Below, piece by piece: positions 1-14,599 of a stretch of 64,000 nucleotides of DNA. The DNA comes from the human T2T-CHM13v2.0 reference genome, Homo sapiens. The DNA is taken from the NCBI RefSeq assembly GCF_009914755.1, contig NC_060932.1; one strand, 5' to 3'. The notes under the pieces are model-generated. The model was not told the origin of the DNA. It made no database searches and saw only the letters and a list, made by a program, of their open reading frames with translations. The position numbers and the translations under genes are program-made. Positions within the stretch are counted from its first letter, which is position 1. Each line of letters starts with the position of its first letter.

Positions 1-270
1 GCTGGGGAAGGTCTCACAATCATCATGGCAGAGGGTGAAAGACAATTCTTACATGGCAGTGGCAAGAAAGAATGAGGAAGAAGCAAAAGCAGAAACCCCT
101 GATAAACCGATCAGATCTCATGAGACTTATTCACTATCACGAGACTAATGTGGGAAAGACCAACCCTCATGATTCAGTTACCTACCACTGTGTCCCTCCC
201 ACAACAGGTGGGAATTCTTCAGATGCAATTCAAGTTGAGACTTGGGTGGGGACACAGCCAAACCATATCA
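1..270 (-). mobile_element. MaLR LTR (THE1/MST-like), truncated by window edge
   Basis: Ends in ...ggggacacagccaaaccatatca, the reverse complement of the THE1/MST LTR start; typical internal MaLR motifs. Confidence 0.85.
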
Positions 271-1900
271 GCTGCGTTCAAGTGAAGAAGGAAAGAAGTA
301 CATATTTCAGCTGAAACTCTCTATAAGTAGTTTTGAATCTGTGGTGGTAGAAGGATAGAGTTTTTATTAATAGAAATGAATAGGAAAAAGTGGCTGGTTT
401 TGGAGATAAACCTCTTGTTGAGTATCTTTGACAGTGGAACATGCAAGTAAAGTAGCTTGTAGGCAGTTAGGAGATAGGACTGGGTTTTGTGTGAGGGTTA
501 GGAGGTTATAATGAAAATTTTAAAAACAGCAACATAGGGGATTTTGCTAAAGCCTTCAGGGAGGATGACTTCTCACAGTGAAGGCATGGAGAGAAAGAGG
601 ATGGAATGGCTTTAGACAGTTCTCTTTTCCTGAGGAGAGGCCATGTTGGGAAGGAACGTAAAGCTCCAAAGCCGAAAGTCTCAAGAAAGTGAAAGGAAAG
701 TAAGGTAATGTTGGAATGTGGGTGCTAGGAAGTTGGGGGGTGAGAAGGCAGGTAGAGGAGCTTCCACAAAGGGAAAGGTGGCACAAATTGCTGAAGCTTC
801 AGAGAAGTAGAAAATTGATTAAGACCTTCCTTTGGATTTTCCTAGAAGGTGATTATTGATCACCTTTGAGACAACACTATATTTCCTTTTTGTTCTCAAT
901 GATTTTGCCGCTCAGTGACCCCTTTCCTGCCCCCATACTTGTCTTTTCTTTTTTATTATTGGCTTCAACATGACTCTCTTTCTGCAACCCCTCAGCTTTC
1001 ATAAATTAACCCAGAAATTATTTTATAGCCTCCTTTGAGAGAAGCCCTTATTTTCACTTCCGGTGAGACCTTGAAAGTTAATTTACCTAGATGCTATAAG
1101 CAGATCAGCAGGCATGACCACATACTGCTTTGTGGCAATTCCATTGATGTCTTTATGTCCAGTTATTTGTATCAAAGCATATGATTATGAAGGAAAAACA
1201 AAAAATACAGGGTCTAGGTTAACTCAGCAGTAGCCACATGCAGGATATAAAATATTCTCATCCTGAAAATTCTTGCAAAACAATGTGTCCTGTTTTGTTG
1301 CAGTTGAGTATGTACTGATTCTGTACCTTCAGCCTTCATGCAGTAGAACCTGGATGACTTTTGTATGGGAGATACAAAACCCAGAGTCTCACTGAATTTT
1401 GTGTATGGATATATAGGTCAGACATCAGTGTACATGACGGTAGTACAAGGGTGAAGGATGATGGAAGGGAAGTTCATTAATAACTGGTAGTAAGTTTTTG
1501 TAGCTCAGAAGAAAGAGGGACAAGTAGAAATAATTGGAGTAATATTTAACACTTTAAGGAAGCGATGTGATGTTCAGATAGGCCTTGAAAGATAATCTCT
1601 GTAGTGAAGAGGATGACGAAGGGCAGGTAATGACATGATTCTAGAAAGCAGATATCCCACAGCGTGCACAGAGGTTAGAAAACAGGCATCTTTGAGTTGA
1701 ACACTAGATTAATTAGGGAAGGTTGAAGTTACTGTTGGTAAGATCTGATGAGAGAGCCTAGAATGTCCTTTTAATTCACAAGCAGTTTGGGGGGCATGGC
1801 TTGGGAAGTTATGTGGTTAGTGTTTTAAGAAGCTTAGTTAACATGGTGGTGACATACAGGTAAAATTGTAGAAAGGTCTGTCAATAGGATGGACTGAGTT

Positions 1901-2108
1901 ACTGGTTCTCAGCTAAGGGTGACTTTTGCAATCTTGGGGAAATTTTTAGTTGTCACAACTGGGACAGAGAGAGATGAGATAGGCCTATTGGCATCTAGTG
2001 CATAGAAGCTAGGAATGCTGCTGAACATCTTATAATACAAGGGACAGCTTCCCACAACAAGAATTATGTGGCCAAAAATGTCCATAGTGTCAAGGTTAAG
2101 AAACCCTA
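1901..2108. mobile_element. MER20-like hAT-Charlie DNA transposon
   Basis: ggttctc...ttgtcacaactgg...ggcatctagtg...ggttaagaaaccct resembles MER20 consensus. Confidence 0.75.
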
Positions 2109-2530
2109 GCTAGGTTATGCTATAGTAGCAAACAACCCCAAGTTCTTAATGGTTTGAAACAGTAAAGATTTATTTATTGCTCAGACTCGCTGTACATAAC
2201 TATACATCATCCACATTCTGGAATCCAAGCTAATGGAGCTACCACTGTCTGGCACATTACTCATACTGTATTGGCCAGGACTTGTTACAGAACCCCTCCT
2301 AACCACAGAGAGGACAGAAATTGCAATCCTGTCACATCCCCAGAAAGGGGCAAACTGTAATATTGACTAACAGCATTAGTTACAACCATGGAAGGCTGTC
2401 TTGGAGTAGAGGAGTTGTCAGTAAGAGAGAAACCAGTTTCTTGCTGATTGCTGTTAATTCTTCATTCTTTGCCCCTTCAGGAAAGTAAAATCACAGTATA
2501 TACAGAATGGGATTAGAAAGATGGAGCATA

Positions 2531-3180
2531 GGCTGGGCACAGTGGCTCACACCTGTAATCCTGGCACTTTGGGAGGCCGAGGTAGGAGGATTGCTTGAAG
2601 CCAAGAGTTGAGACCAGCTTGAGAAAAAAAAAAAAATACCCCATCTCTGCAAAAAGTTAAAACAAAAAATTTAGCCAGTTGATTCCATGTCTTTGCTGTT
2701 GTGAGCAGTGCTGCAATGAACATAGGCGTGTGCAAACCAACACAGTAACAGAAAACCAAATACCACATGTTCTCACTTGTAAGTGGGAGCTGAATGATGA
2801 GAACACACAGACACATAGAGGGGAACAATGCACACTGGGACCTGTTGGAGGGTGGAGGGTGGGAGAAAGGAGAGCATCCAGAAAACAACTAATGGATACT
2901 AGACTTAATATGTGGGTGATGAAATAATCTGTACAACAAACCCCCATGACACAAATTTATGTGTATAACAAACCTGCGCATGTACCCCTGAACTTAAAAG
3001 TTAAAAAAAATTAACTGGGCACGGTGGCACATGCCTGTAGTCCTGACTACTCGGGAGGCTAAAATGGGAGAATCACGTGAGCCCAAGAGTTTGAGGCTGC
3101 AGTGAGCTCTGATCACACCACTGTACTCCAGCCAGGGTGACAGAGAAGAGACACTGTCTCAGGAAGAAAAAAAAAAAAGA
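2531..3180 (+). mobile_element. Old Alu (AluJ-like) interrupted in its central A-rich linker by an L1 3' fragment (~2679-3010)
   Basis: Left arm from 2531, right arm from ~3011 with poly-A; L1 3'UTR-like sequence in between. Confidence 0.85.
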
Positions 3181-5322
3181 GAGAGAAAGATGAAGTGTTG
3201 CCACATGATACAGTAACTCTGCTGTTACACTGATTCTAGACCTGAGCTTCCCTACTGTTTTGGGGGAACATTATAGGTGTGTCTGGGTACTGTTCTCCTT
3301 AGCTCTTCAGGTAGCTGGAGAGGGCCTGGGGCAGTCTGAGCCTGCAATATGAGCAGGCCCTTCCATTTATCTCTGTGTACCATGCATGCATTATAATTTA
3401 ATGTGTGCAGTGAGGTAGAAAACCTTGGGAACTCTGCATTAAGCAGTGGGCTGCATTTGTTTAACAATTATAATTAGGACTGAAAATGATCTGTTTTAGA
3501 AAACTCTATTGGTAGTATAGAAGGGAGAAACATACTAGAAGACCCACTTGAAAGCTATACTAAGAGTTTAGGTAAGAAAAGATGAAGATTTTGAATGATG
3601 ACACTCTTGAAAATAAATAGGACAATGTGGAGATAAAGATGGCTTATTTAGAGATGCGGAATTGGATTTAGAACATGTCAAATAGAATTGATTAATAAGA
3701 AACTGGAAATGTTGAACTCAGAAAAGGAGGTGCCGGAATCCTGCTCAGTCACACAAGTATTTATGGAGTACTTACTAGGTGCCAGCTGCAACCCTAATAG
3801 TACCTGGGAACTCTTTGAGAGAGTTAGAAGTCCTGGGATGTGACCTGGGTGAGTACATTCTTTTTAGGACTGGGAGTAGAACAGTAGCCAGCTTGGCATC
3901 ATTGTCACCCTTTCTGAATTCTCTTCTGTATCATAAAGGAAAAATTGGAACTATGTTTTTTCAGAATCAGAGACTGACAATGAAAAGCACTCAGAAAAAT
4001 TTGCAAGTAGAAGAGGAAAAACTATTATCTTTGAAAGACAGTGTAGCATTCAAATGGGTGGAGATCAGACTAGAAGCTTCCAGAGCTTCTTGAGAATTAC
4101 CATCTCCATGCTGCAGACTGAGACTATCCGATGGCTAGCCTAACTTTTACTCACTCAGCTTTCCAAGGGTTGAATCAGCCTCTAATTCTATATGTTAGAA
4201 TACACAAAGTGACTTCCTTTTTTCGACTGTAATCATGATTATTTGATATTTTCCTACCATCCTGTACTTTCATCACACTTTAATAATTTGTGTGATTTTA
4301 TTGTATATTTTTCCTGTTAAACTGTAAGCTGCACGGGATGTGTAATGTCTATTCAGCAGACTGTCCCTAACACCTAACAGGGTCTCTAATCACTTCCTAG
4401 ATTTGTTGAGTATTGAATGCTAAAGTAGAAAAACAGAAGTAGAAAAGAAGGTATGTAAGGACATTATGATCAACAAATTCAAATGTTCATGAAGTGGTTA
4501 AGCAGAAAATGGGCTAGGAATAGCTTTTGAATTTAGTGATTTGGAAGACCGTGGAATTTTATTTAAAAGCGCTGTCAGAAGAGTGGTTGGGGTTGGGATT
4601 ATAATTACAGGACTTCAGCATAGTCAGTAGTGAAAAATCAGAGCAATTTGTTCAGACTGTACAAATGAATTGGGGGCACAAAAGTAGATTAGCTAGAGCA
4701 CTCAGGTAAAGACAACATCTTTCTGGAGAAGTGGTCAAATTATAAAGCAAAATAACAACAGCTGATGGAGATGACTGAATGGACAATGCTGGAGGAGATA
4801 TTAATTGAAACAGCAAATTCTTTCAGCCCACAAATTGTAATGCACTGTAAACACCTTTAGACATTGCTTCCCAAACTGTCATCCTAGAACCAGAGTTAGC
4901 TGACAGCTTTCACTGTTTCGTGAAAATATTAGAGATATAAGGGCAATATTGTCAGTTTTCATTTAGGCTAAATGTATTAAGTTTAGATTATGTACTTCCT
5001 TCATTTGCTGTTACATTGACTTGCTTTTTTTAATTAAACTATTTGGTAGTGGTTGTTGATGTTGCTGTCCTAAATGCCCCTTTTTGAAAAATAAAAATCC
5101 GATAACCTTATTTCAGTTCACCTCATCAATTTTACTTTTTAATCTGCTTCACGAAATGTAAAAGTCCGAGAACACGCTGCTTTTATGTATTTAGAAGGAA
5201 CAAAAAAGACAAACTGTCTGAATTTTTTGACAGTTTTTGAAATCTGAAATAAGTAGAGTTTATAAATGAAAACCAACATAACATTTCTAGCAAATAATGG
5301 GAAGAAAACAATTTTATTTTAG

Positions 5323-5414
5323 ATGAAGATCGACTTTCTAGAAGAAAAAGCATTGTGGACACCGTATCCATTCAGGTGGATATTTTATCCAACAATGTTC
5401 CTTCTGATGATGTG
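5323..5414 (+). CDS. EFR3A: EFR3A internal coding exon, (D)EDRLSRRKSIVDTVSIQVDILSNNVPSDDV
   Basis: ttttag acceptor, gtaagt donor, 92 nt; frame continuous with next exon; peptide recognised as EFR3A C-terminal region. Confidence 0.95.
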
Positions 5415-8400
5415 GTAAGTTACTGAAAGTTTATGGTAGAGTACTGTCTTGGTAGACATCATTTAAAAGAATTTTTTGCCTTCCACACTTTCAAACAGGA
5501 GGAAATACAACTCTAAATTATCCTCAAATCAACTAAATTATTAGTAGAAATTAATCTGATTTAGCTTTGAATTTATTTATAATTTATTTTACTGAACTCA
5601 TTTCAGCTGTCTGTAAAGATATATAAACCTAACATTATATGTTATGATGTCAGATTTCACATTATAATTTAGTGTAATAAAAGGAACTGTAAAGTATAAG
5701 ATTTTTTTGCTAAGAAACTTTATACAAAGCCTGTCATTAAATTAGTGGGCCCTCTAGGTCCTACTTATTTTTAAAAATTTAGGAAATGCAAATTACAGAA
5801 ATAAATAGAACTATACATCCTCATGTGAAGCCAAATGCTGACTACCTTTGAAAAGTTTTAAAACTGCATCTATAAGGGAAAATGTTTTAATTATTTTGGA
5901 TAGTAAGGATGTTGTTTAAGCTGTGTCAGTGAACTATGTACTCTGTAAGGACTGTGGCTTATTTAAAACATCATAGATTTCATGCTCTCCTCCCGTTTCA
6001 AAAAAGCACAAGAGTGTACCCTCCTGACTTATAGGGGAAAAAGCAGCCAGTATTCTCTAGGACTTATTCTACACAAATCACCAGAGAATTTTTTCATAGT
6101 CAAGTAAAAATGCCAAAATGCCAGCATGTCAAGTCAACCTCCACCTTGTGGTTTATCCATTGTTTGCCTTCCTAAGTATTTTATTATTTCTCATTGGTAC
6201 AATATGCATAATTAAAAGAATATCCATATAGGGAAAGGGAAAGGAAGTTAGCTGAATTATGCTTTCTCAAGCCTCCCTCCTACCCCCTTACAATTCCTAT
6301 TGATTTATTTGTCTTCAGGTACTAAACCTATTTGGTGGCCAGAGTACAGCCAACTGACTTATGTTTTCTATGCCATTCAACTTCCCATTACATAGAAGTT
6401 ATGTTTTATTAAGAACTTATCAGCACGGCATCAAGAGTAGTTGAAGAAGCACTTAGTGTTCATTTTGAAACTCAACGCATTAAGTCTAAAGTTTCTTACC
6501 AGTTTAAGGCTTAATAACAACTTTTCCCAAATTCACCTCTTTCTTCAGAGCTATTTAATTTATACACTCCTTACCAGTAAGAAGAGTATCTTGCTAGTTC
6601 TGTCTTTTAATGATTATGAATTTGCCACTATTACCTTTCTAGGGAAGAAATTCATCCAGAGTCTTAGATTATAAACTTAATTTTGTTAAGGGGACACTAT
6701 GTGTTATTGACTGGTATTTTCACCTTTCTCCTTTTGTTAACTATTCTTACTTCTTTCAAAAATATATAGAGAACACTTGAAACTGTTGGAAAGAGTCAGT
6801 CTATTTTGATAAAATCAACTGAAAAAACATTTGCATAAAGACTCAATGTAGGGGAAAGATTCTTGACACAAATCTTACATTAAAAGTCTGTTAATATTTT
6901 TATTAACTTTTACAAGATCCTGTTGTTTTTCATTTACTATAAGTCCTAAGTCAAATATGCCTCACACCAAGCATCTGAAAAGTTAAGTACAGTTTAGTGT
7001 CACATTTGCTTGAGCACATTTGAGTTTCAGATTCATTTACCATTGTGGAATCTGCTTTTGGATATTAGAGATGTTTGTTCAAATACCAGAAGACAGAATA
7101 ATACTATCTTCTAGGCTAAAACTAATTAATTACTTTCATATAATGGACAGGAGAAATTCACATCAGATAGATATTTTACCAGTTAATGGTGCAGCAGAAT
7201 ATCAAACTATTTTCTTAAAATGAATCAGATAAGAACATTGCTCATAAAAAATAACTTTTTTGTTTGATCAAAATTATTTATAGTTTTATATGTATAATCC
7301 TAGTTTATCCTGAGATGTATTTGCTTTTGCTTTTTAAACTTATAATTTAAAAAAAAAGAGAGAGAGTCAGAAGGTTGTTTAGATGGAGACCATAACAAAC
7401 TTCTGTTTCCCTAAACTCAAATTGTTACTCTAGTCTATTGAAATACCTGATCCACTTGAGATCTGCCAGTTCTGACATTTGCAATTCCAACCTTGGCCTA
7501 CTGAGAATCATTTGGTGAACTTTTTCTAAAAGTTGCCATATATAAAAAGATGTATATTATTATTTCTTCTAAATAATGCATTATTTCTTCTAAAAATGTG
7601 CTGATGCCATAAAATGTATTATTGATATTTTTATCATAAAGCAGTTGATTTTATACCTTTTACATATCTCAAAGCAAGAGGGAGATTTGAGAGACTCAAG
7701 GTAAAAGGTATTTTTAGAGAGTATAAATTGGTGGTTGACTTTAGACGAATGCTTCCCAATGCATATATATGCACACTACACATATATATGCATATATGTG
7801 TGTATACACACACATTTTTATAACGATACCTAATTTAAATTAATGTATTCAAGAAGATAAATGACTAAAATAGAACAGAGGCATCTCTGTCTCCTGAGAT
7901 AAAATTATCAGCTTGACTAATAGAATAAAGCACTATAGGCATGATTTTTTGCTTCCTTATATATGCATAACTGATATGAGTAAAACCTGAAATCACCACA
8001 CTACTCTTCTCTCTAAAAGCTTATAGTAAGTGCTTGATTATTTAAGGGCATGGGCAGGATGTTATATATATTAAATTTTGAGTATATGTTAAATTTTTTG
8101 ATATAAAATTAAGTCACTGGTTGACTGTAAAAGATTGTTGTTTTTTCTATTACAAATAACAGATCTTTGTTTTATATCCATCTACTCCTGCCTTTTTTCC
8201 CCAAATGCAACTGGAGAAACTTGTGTGTATGCTAGCATCTAGTCAATATTAGTCACACTCTGTGGTGCTAGATGCTATCAAATTACTATATTAGTAGTAG
8301 TGACATAGCAACTACTATAATTAGAAAAAGATGAATGGCAGATTTTATGTAGGCCCAAGGGCATTATATAGTCTAGGTTAGTGTTGTAGATCATAGATAA

Positions 8401-9034
8401 AGCAAAAGTCATAGATTATAAAGGGAATGTTGAAATTCCTTTAGGATGGTGCCTTTGCACCACTTCTCTATAACTCCAACATAACCAGTTTTCCCTCTAT
8501 AGAGTTGGAACAGATTATAGTTTAGTAGCTCACCAAATAAAGTACGTAGCTTGTATTTACCAGCTATGGTATATAAAAATATGAATCATTAAATGCTAGT
8601 ATAAAGCAGTTAGTCTTAAAAAAAAAAAAAGATCCACAAAAGGGATGAGTGGGAGATAAGATTGAAGCAAAATTATAGAAAGTTGTATACCAGGCTGAGG
8701 GCTTTCTGTGTCACTTCACAGGAAGTAGGTAAACACCGAAATTTAGTCAGTGTCATTATTAGAGTTGTGCTTTCATAAAAAGAATCTCTCAAGTGTGACA
8801 AGGCTAAATTAGAAAGAAGAGACTGGAGGTAGAGGCCAGTTAGGAGATCCTTGTAATAATCCACAGTTGATGGAATGAGGATCTAGAGTAGCCAGGCTGG
8901 AGGTAACAAAGAGGGACAGGAGGGCAGGAGTACTCTACTTTAAAGTAGAATGAATAGGACCAACAAATGACTTAAAGGGATTTAAAGAAAGGAGACATTA
9001 AAAAAAAGAAAAAATGTAGACACTGATGGCATGA

Positions 9035-9344
<310 letters not shown>

Positions 9345-10675
9345 GACTTGGGGGTTCTTGATGCTAGGAAGCTGCATCATAATTATCTGAATTAAGGCAA
9401 ACAGGGACAAAAAGTGAAGAGTTAGTAGGGTAAGGTATTTTAGCTCTTTACTTACCTGAGATTGACAGGTGATAAGTAAAAATTATATGTATCAAGAATG
9501 CTGGCCTTCTAACTTCTCCCATGTTCTTTTTCCTCTACTGTAGTTGTGTCTCAAAAGTCAGAAGCTCCTAGCCAGTTCTAAGAACAAAAGCAATTTCTTT
9601 TTTTCACTGAAGTACTAGAATGCTTATAAGTACAAATAATTGACCAGCCAGAGCCTAATCTTACATGTCTGCTCCGAATATCTAGAACAAAACAACAGAA
9701 GATTCCCAAGTTTAATCTGACTTCAACTAGAACTATGAAGCTCAGTAGCAAAACTGAGGGAGTGGAACTCTTGCTGCTTGATTTCCAGCTAAAGCCTTTG
9801 TATTGCAGAGAAGCTAAGGTGCAGAGAATGACGTCTTTTGCTTTCATTAGTCTTGCTGCCTTAGACTTAGCAAAAGAAGCTCATGAGCTAAAATTAGGGA
9901 TGACCAGATTCCCAGGCAAGTACTCATGTATCGTTTCTTAATTTTTATTCAGAGATACTATAGGAACTGGATATATTATTTATCCTAAGAATGTGCTGAT
10001 GCCATAAAATGTATTACTGACTTTTATCATAAAGCGGTTGATTTCATACCTTTTTATGTATCTCAAAGCAAGAGAGACTTGAAAGACATAAGTTAAAAGG
10101 ATAGTTTCAGAGATTATAAATTGGTGGTTAACTTTAGAGAAATACTTCCCAAAGTAGTGGTTCTAACTTTTAAATCATTTAAAATCTTAGTTTTCCTTTT
10201 GATTTGTAAACTGTGTGTGGTACCAAAATCATAGAGGCTGTAAAGTACTTAGTTGTTTTTTATCACATGGCTAAAAATGTATTTATGTATAATCTCAGCC
10301 TTCACTCTCTCAGAGCATTGTTTACTTACAACACAGTGTTCAGTCAGTGGGACTCAAATCTTCTTGTACATCACAGTACTGGGACTGAGTTCTGTAATTC
10401 AAGGGTGGTTTTGTTGCCTAGGGTATGTTAATTATTGCAGTCTAATGCTAATCTATAGACTTGTTTTGGGGAACCACTGCAGTAAGCCATTGTTAGAACC
10501 AATGAAAAAGTGGAGATTATTTGGTACTGTGGAGTATAATCACAGCTCACAGCTCAGACCCAACACAAAGAAGAAAACAAATCTGAAAAACTTCTTAGAT
10601 GACTTGTAACTAGGTAAAGGTGTTATTTATATTGACCCTTTTTAACTCTCGATTTCACTTATCACTTTTCTCTAG

Positions 10676-10724
10676 GTTAGTAACACTGAAGAAATCACTT
10701 TTGAAGCATTGAAGAAAGCAATTG
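10676..10724 (+). CDS. EFR3A: EFR3A coding exon, VSNTEEITFEALKKAI
   Basis: Polypyrimidine tract plus tctag acceptor, gtgaga donor, 49 nt, phases match neighbours. Confidence 0.95.
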
Positions 10725-11519
10725 GTGAGATATTTTGCACTTGTTAGTACTACCAATATTTAACTTATCTTTATCTGCTGCTTTTTTCGATGACAGAATA
10801 CGTAGAGGGGACATTACAAAAATAAACCAAAGAAACTTGTTGGCTTCTATAGACATGTATCATTTATTTAGCTACATGTTTTAGGCTTCAGAATTGTCTT
10901 GTCCCTTCAGGGTCATATTCCTGAACAAACAGACACAATTATGGCAGTGATATAAAAGAAGACATTTATTAATTTACTTTCTCACAAACTTTGGCCAGAC
11001 CATACGTCATCATAAGACCAAGAAAATTCCTTTCCAAATTGTGGTAAATAAATGGAAAAGGCTACAACAACATGGTTCCAAATGACCCCATTCTTATTTC
11101 AGTTATTCCACTCAGTACCAAGATTCAATTTAGCAAATATTTTATGTAGTACCTCGTATGTGCAAGAACGTAGTTGTATAAAAGAATCATCCTTCAGGAA
11201 GGACTGTGAAGTAGTTCGACTTGTAGGAAGCTCCCATTCCCTTGCCATTTTTTGGTAAGAGAGACAAAGGCATTCTGTGAAAGAGAATCTTGTGATGTGT
11301 AGTTTTAACCCTTAGATTTTTTTGGGTTTTTGTGTGTGTGTGCTTTCTAGCCTTAAACAAGACATTTCATGGATGTTAGGCCTTTTTATTTTTTTCTTAT
11401 AGAAGCCCTGTAAATTGCCCTTAATTTTGGATGATATATCATTAACTCTTAACGGTCATTGACTGGGTTCTGTGAAATTATGTATTCCCTTTAATAAGTC
11501 TTTATAAATATTTGTATAG

Positions 11520-11623
11520 ATACCAGTGGAATGGAAGAACAGGAAAAGGAAAAGAGGCGTCTTGTGATAGAGAAATTTCAGAAAGCACCTTTTGAAGAAA
11601 TAGCAGCACAGTGTGAATCCAAA
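11520..11623 (+). CDS. EFR3A: EFR3A coding exon, (D)TSGMEEQEKEKRRLVIEKFQKAPFEEIAAQCESK
   Basis: tatag acceptor, gtaagt donor, 104 nt, in frame. Confidence 0.95.
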
Positions 11624-12152
11624 GTAAGTGAAGAAACGGTGAAGGGCTTGTGGGTGGACTGTTGTTTTGTGGAAACTCTTCCTTGGTGATTAGTTGATAA
11701 GTTCCAAGCTTTAGTCAAATCAACGGAACACAGGAAAATATATCAGATAAGGACTGAAACTCTGAAGGCATATCTATGAGACCTAAATAATTTCTTTGTA
11801 TGATGTAAGCTGATGGAAATAGTGGAACTGTTTTCCCAAATTAAGTATTAGTGATTGTTATTGTTTTGATAGTTTTTTGCAGTGGTTTTCCATGATTTTG
11901 CTGCAGGTATTTTGTTTTATGTGTTTGTTGATATGTTTTTAACATTGAGACGAGGAAAGGGAAAAAAAGACAACCCTTACATTAAATTCTAATAGATAAG
12001 ACAGATCAAACCAAAACTTTAAAGCATTGTGTACTTAATAATTAATCAGCTTAATAGTCACAATTATACTTTGTCTCTTAAGTTACATTGATATTATTAT
12101 ATATAGATACCTAGAAAATAAACCATTCTTAACATTTTTTTCTTTTTTGCAG

Positions 12153-12202
12153 GCAAATTTGCTTCATGATAGACTTGCCCAAATATTGGAACTCACCATA
12201 CG
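12153..12202 (+). CDS. EFR3A: EFR3A penultimate coding exon, ANLLHDRLAQILELTI(R)
   Basis: Strong ttttttgcag acceptor, gtaagg donor, 50 nt, in frame. Confidence 0.95.
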
Positions 12203-13160
12203 GTAAGGGTTTTGTTATCACAATAGCAATAACACACACACACGAATAGAAACTGACAGACCCCTATGAATTTGTGGTTCATTATGTTTAAGTTATCATG
12301 TTAAAGTAATGCTTTTCATTTAGGATTAACATAAGATCATATAGGTGATCCTTTGCTTAATAGTGATTCTGTTTTTTAGGCAGAGTCTGATACCCTTTCT
12401 TGACTAGTTGTCCTCTAGCTTTTTAGCTTCTTTTTTAGATTATTCATTCCTTCCTGATGATCTCTTAAGTACATCTGGGTAATTTAAAAAAGACCCATAT
12501 TCTAATATTATGCTTAATTAGGAAATTGCTCATATTGAATCGTTTTGTCCTGCAGAAACTGCATTTTAATATGTCAGCCTCATGGTTCTTTTCAGGGCAG
12601 TAATAAGTCTACTTATGCAGATAGCTCATTTGAATTATTGAACTTTCCTTTAGTTTTTGTACATCATATTCATTTGAGTTCTGTTGTGAATTATTATGCT
12701 CTTTGATTATCCTATGTCTATACATTAATAAGAAATGTAGCACCTGAAGGAAGGAGAGGCAAACTCTAGGTTCCATCTAAAGAAGGAACTTCCACATAGT
12801 CTTACATTGACTTCAGTGTGGAAACCTGCCTTTGTGAGAGGTGGCCAGTAGAGATGTCTATGCTTCTGGAAATTTTTTCTATATCTGGCATATCTTTCAT
12901 ATTTTTAACTTGATTAATTAAGTCTGTTTTTCTTCAACCCTGTATTATATTAATATTAGAGACAGGTAAATGCTCTAGGCCACTTGCTTTTTTGTTTCAG
13001 TCTTTTTTCTGCTTTCATAAGCAAGGCACATTTTTGTCATTATATATCTTACTCTAGACATTTCCCTCCCATTCCTGCTATACTCTCTTAAGTTGAGAAT
13101 CACTCATTTACAAAATTTAAGAACAGAAAATCAGACTAAAATATTCAATATGTGCTAGAC

Positions 13161-13497
13161 AAGGGGTCCCCAACCCTCAGTCCAGAGACCTGTACTGGCC
13201 CATGGCCTATTAGGAACCAGGCTCCACAGCAGGAGGTGAGCAGTGGGCAAGTGAACATTATTGTCTGAGCTCCGCTTCCTGTCAGATCAGCGCGGCATTA
13301 GATTCTCATAGGAGCAGGAACCCTATTGTGAACTGCTCATGCAAGGGATCTAGGTTGCATGCGCCTTATGGGAATCTAATGCCTGATGATCTGAGGTGGA
13401 TCAATTTCATCCTGAAATCATCCCCCCAGTCCCCATCCTTGGAAAAACTGTCTTCCACAAAACTGGTCCCTGGTGCCAAAAAGGTCGGCGACTGTTG
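13161..13497. mobile_element. MER1B-like hAT-Charlie element with 8-bp TSD
   Basis: Termini aggggtccccaacc... and ...ggtcggcgactgttg; TGCTAGAC at both 13153-13160 and 13498-13505. Confidence 0.85.
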
Positions 13498-14599
13498 TGC
13501 TAGACTTAGGATTCAATTAAAATTGCTGGGTGTGGGCATTTACTTCTTTGATGACTAAATGTCAAACATTTAATAGTAAATGTCTACTGTGTACTTGATC
13601 TTATGCTACATGGTTTATATCTATTATTTCTGCTAATCCTCACCATAGCCCTGAAAGGTAGGTAGACACTATTTTTTTGATTTTTCAGGTGAAGACACCA
13701 AGGCTTAGAGAAAAGTAAAATAATTTGCTGAAGGGCATACAGCTAATGAGTGGCAAAGTCAAAATTCAAATCCATAACTGATGTTCTTAAAAGGAATGTT
13801 GCTAGAGATCACCATATCACATTTAGTCAAACTAACATAACTATATGAATTTAATATTTTAGAATAAGTATTATAACTAATTCTGTTTCATTGGTACCAC
13901 AACTACTACTAATACTTACATTCATTGAACAGTTACTACTAATAATTAACATTTTTAAACACCTATGTTGTTCTAAGCACTGTGCTAAATGTATTATTTT
14001 ATTTAATATCTGCAACAGACTCTAACAAACAGATAGTGATTATTCTCATTTTACATGTTTGTAAACAGACATACATGGAAGTTAGGTAACTTATACAGGG
14101 TCACCTATTTAGGAAGCAGTAGCTCTGGAATAGCTTATGGAGAAACTAAATAGACTTTATAGAAATGTGTCTTCAGAGTTTTCAGGTCCTGTCTGGTACA
14201 TTTTCTCTTGTTAATTTGCCTCACCCTAACCATCAGACAGTGGAAAGAGTTTGTATCCTCCATAAAAGAAACAGAACAACACAATATTATACTTCGCTCC
14301 CACTGTTCTTTCATTTACATTTTAACCATACCTGAGTATGGTTAAAAAAAAAAACAAGAAAGGCAAAGAAGCAGTAAAATACAGTGAGAATAAGCAGCCT
14401 CACAGATAACCCAGTTATTGGAATTAGTAGAAAAGGCCCTTAGAACACCACACACCCACACCCCCCACCCAGGCCCCACACACACACGTCAAAGAATTTA
14501 AAGGACAAGATACATATAGTTTGGAGAGAAATGTGTGTGACATTGCTTATTCTCACGATCGTCTCCTGTTTCTTTGCATTATAATTGCAAATTTTAATG

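Noticed and set aside
3411-3418. TGAGGTAG, identical to the let-7 5' end
   Set aside because: Only an 8-nt match; the following sequence is not let-7 and I see no precursor hairpin
5291-5322. Upstream alternative acceptor (ttctag ending at 5290) for the EFR3A exon
   Set aside because: Adds 32 nt and breaks the frame; no support from sequence alone
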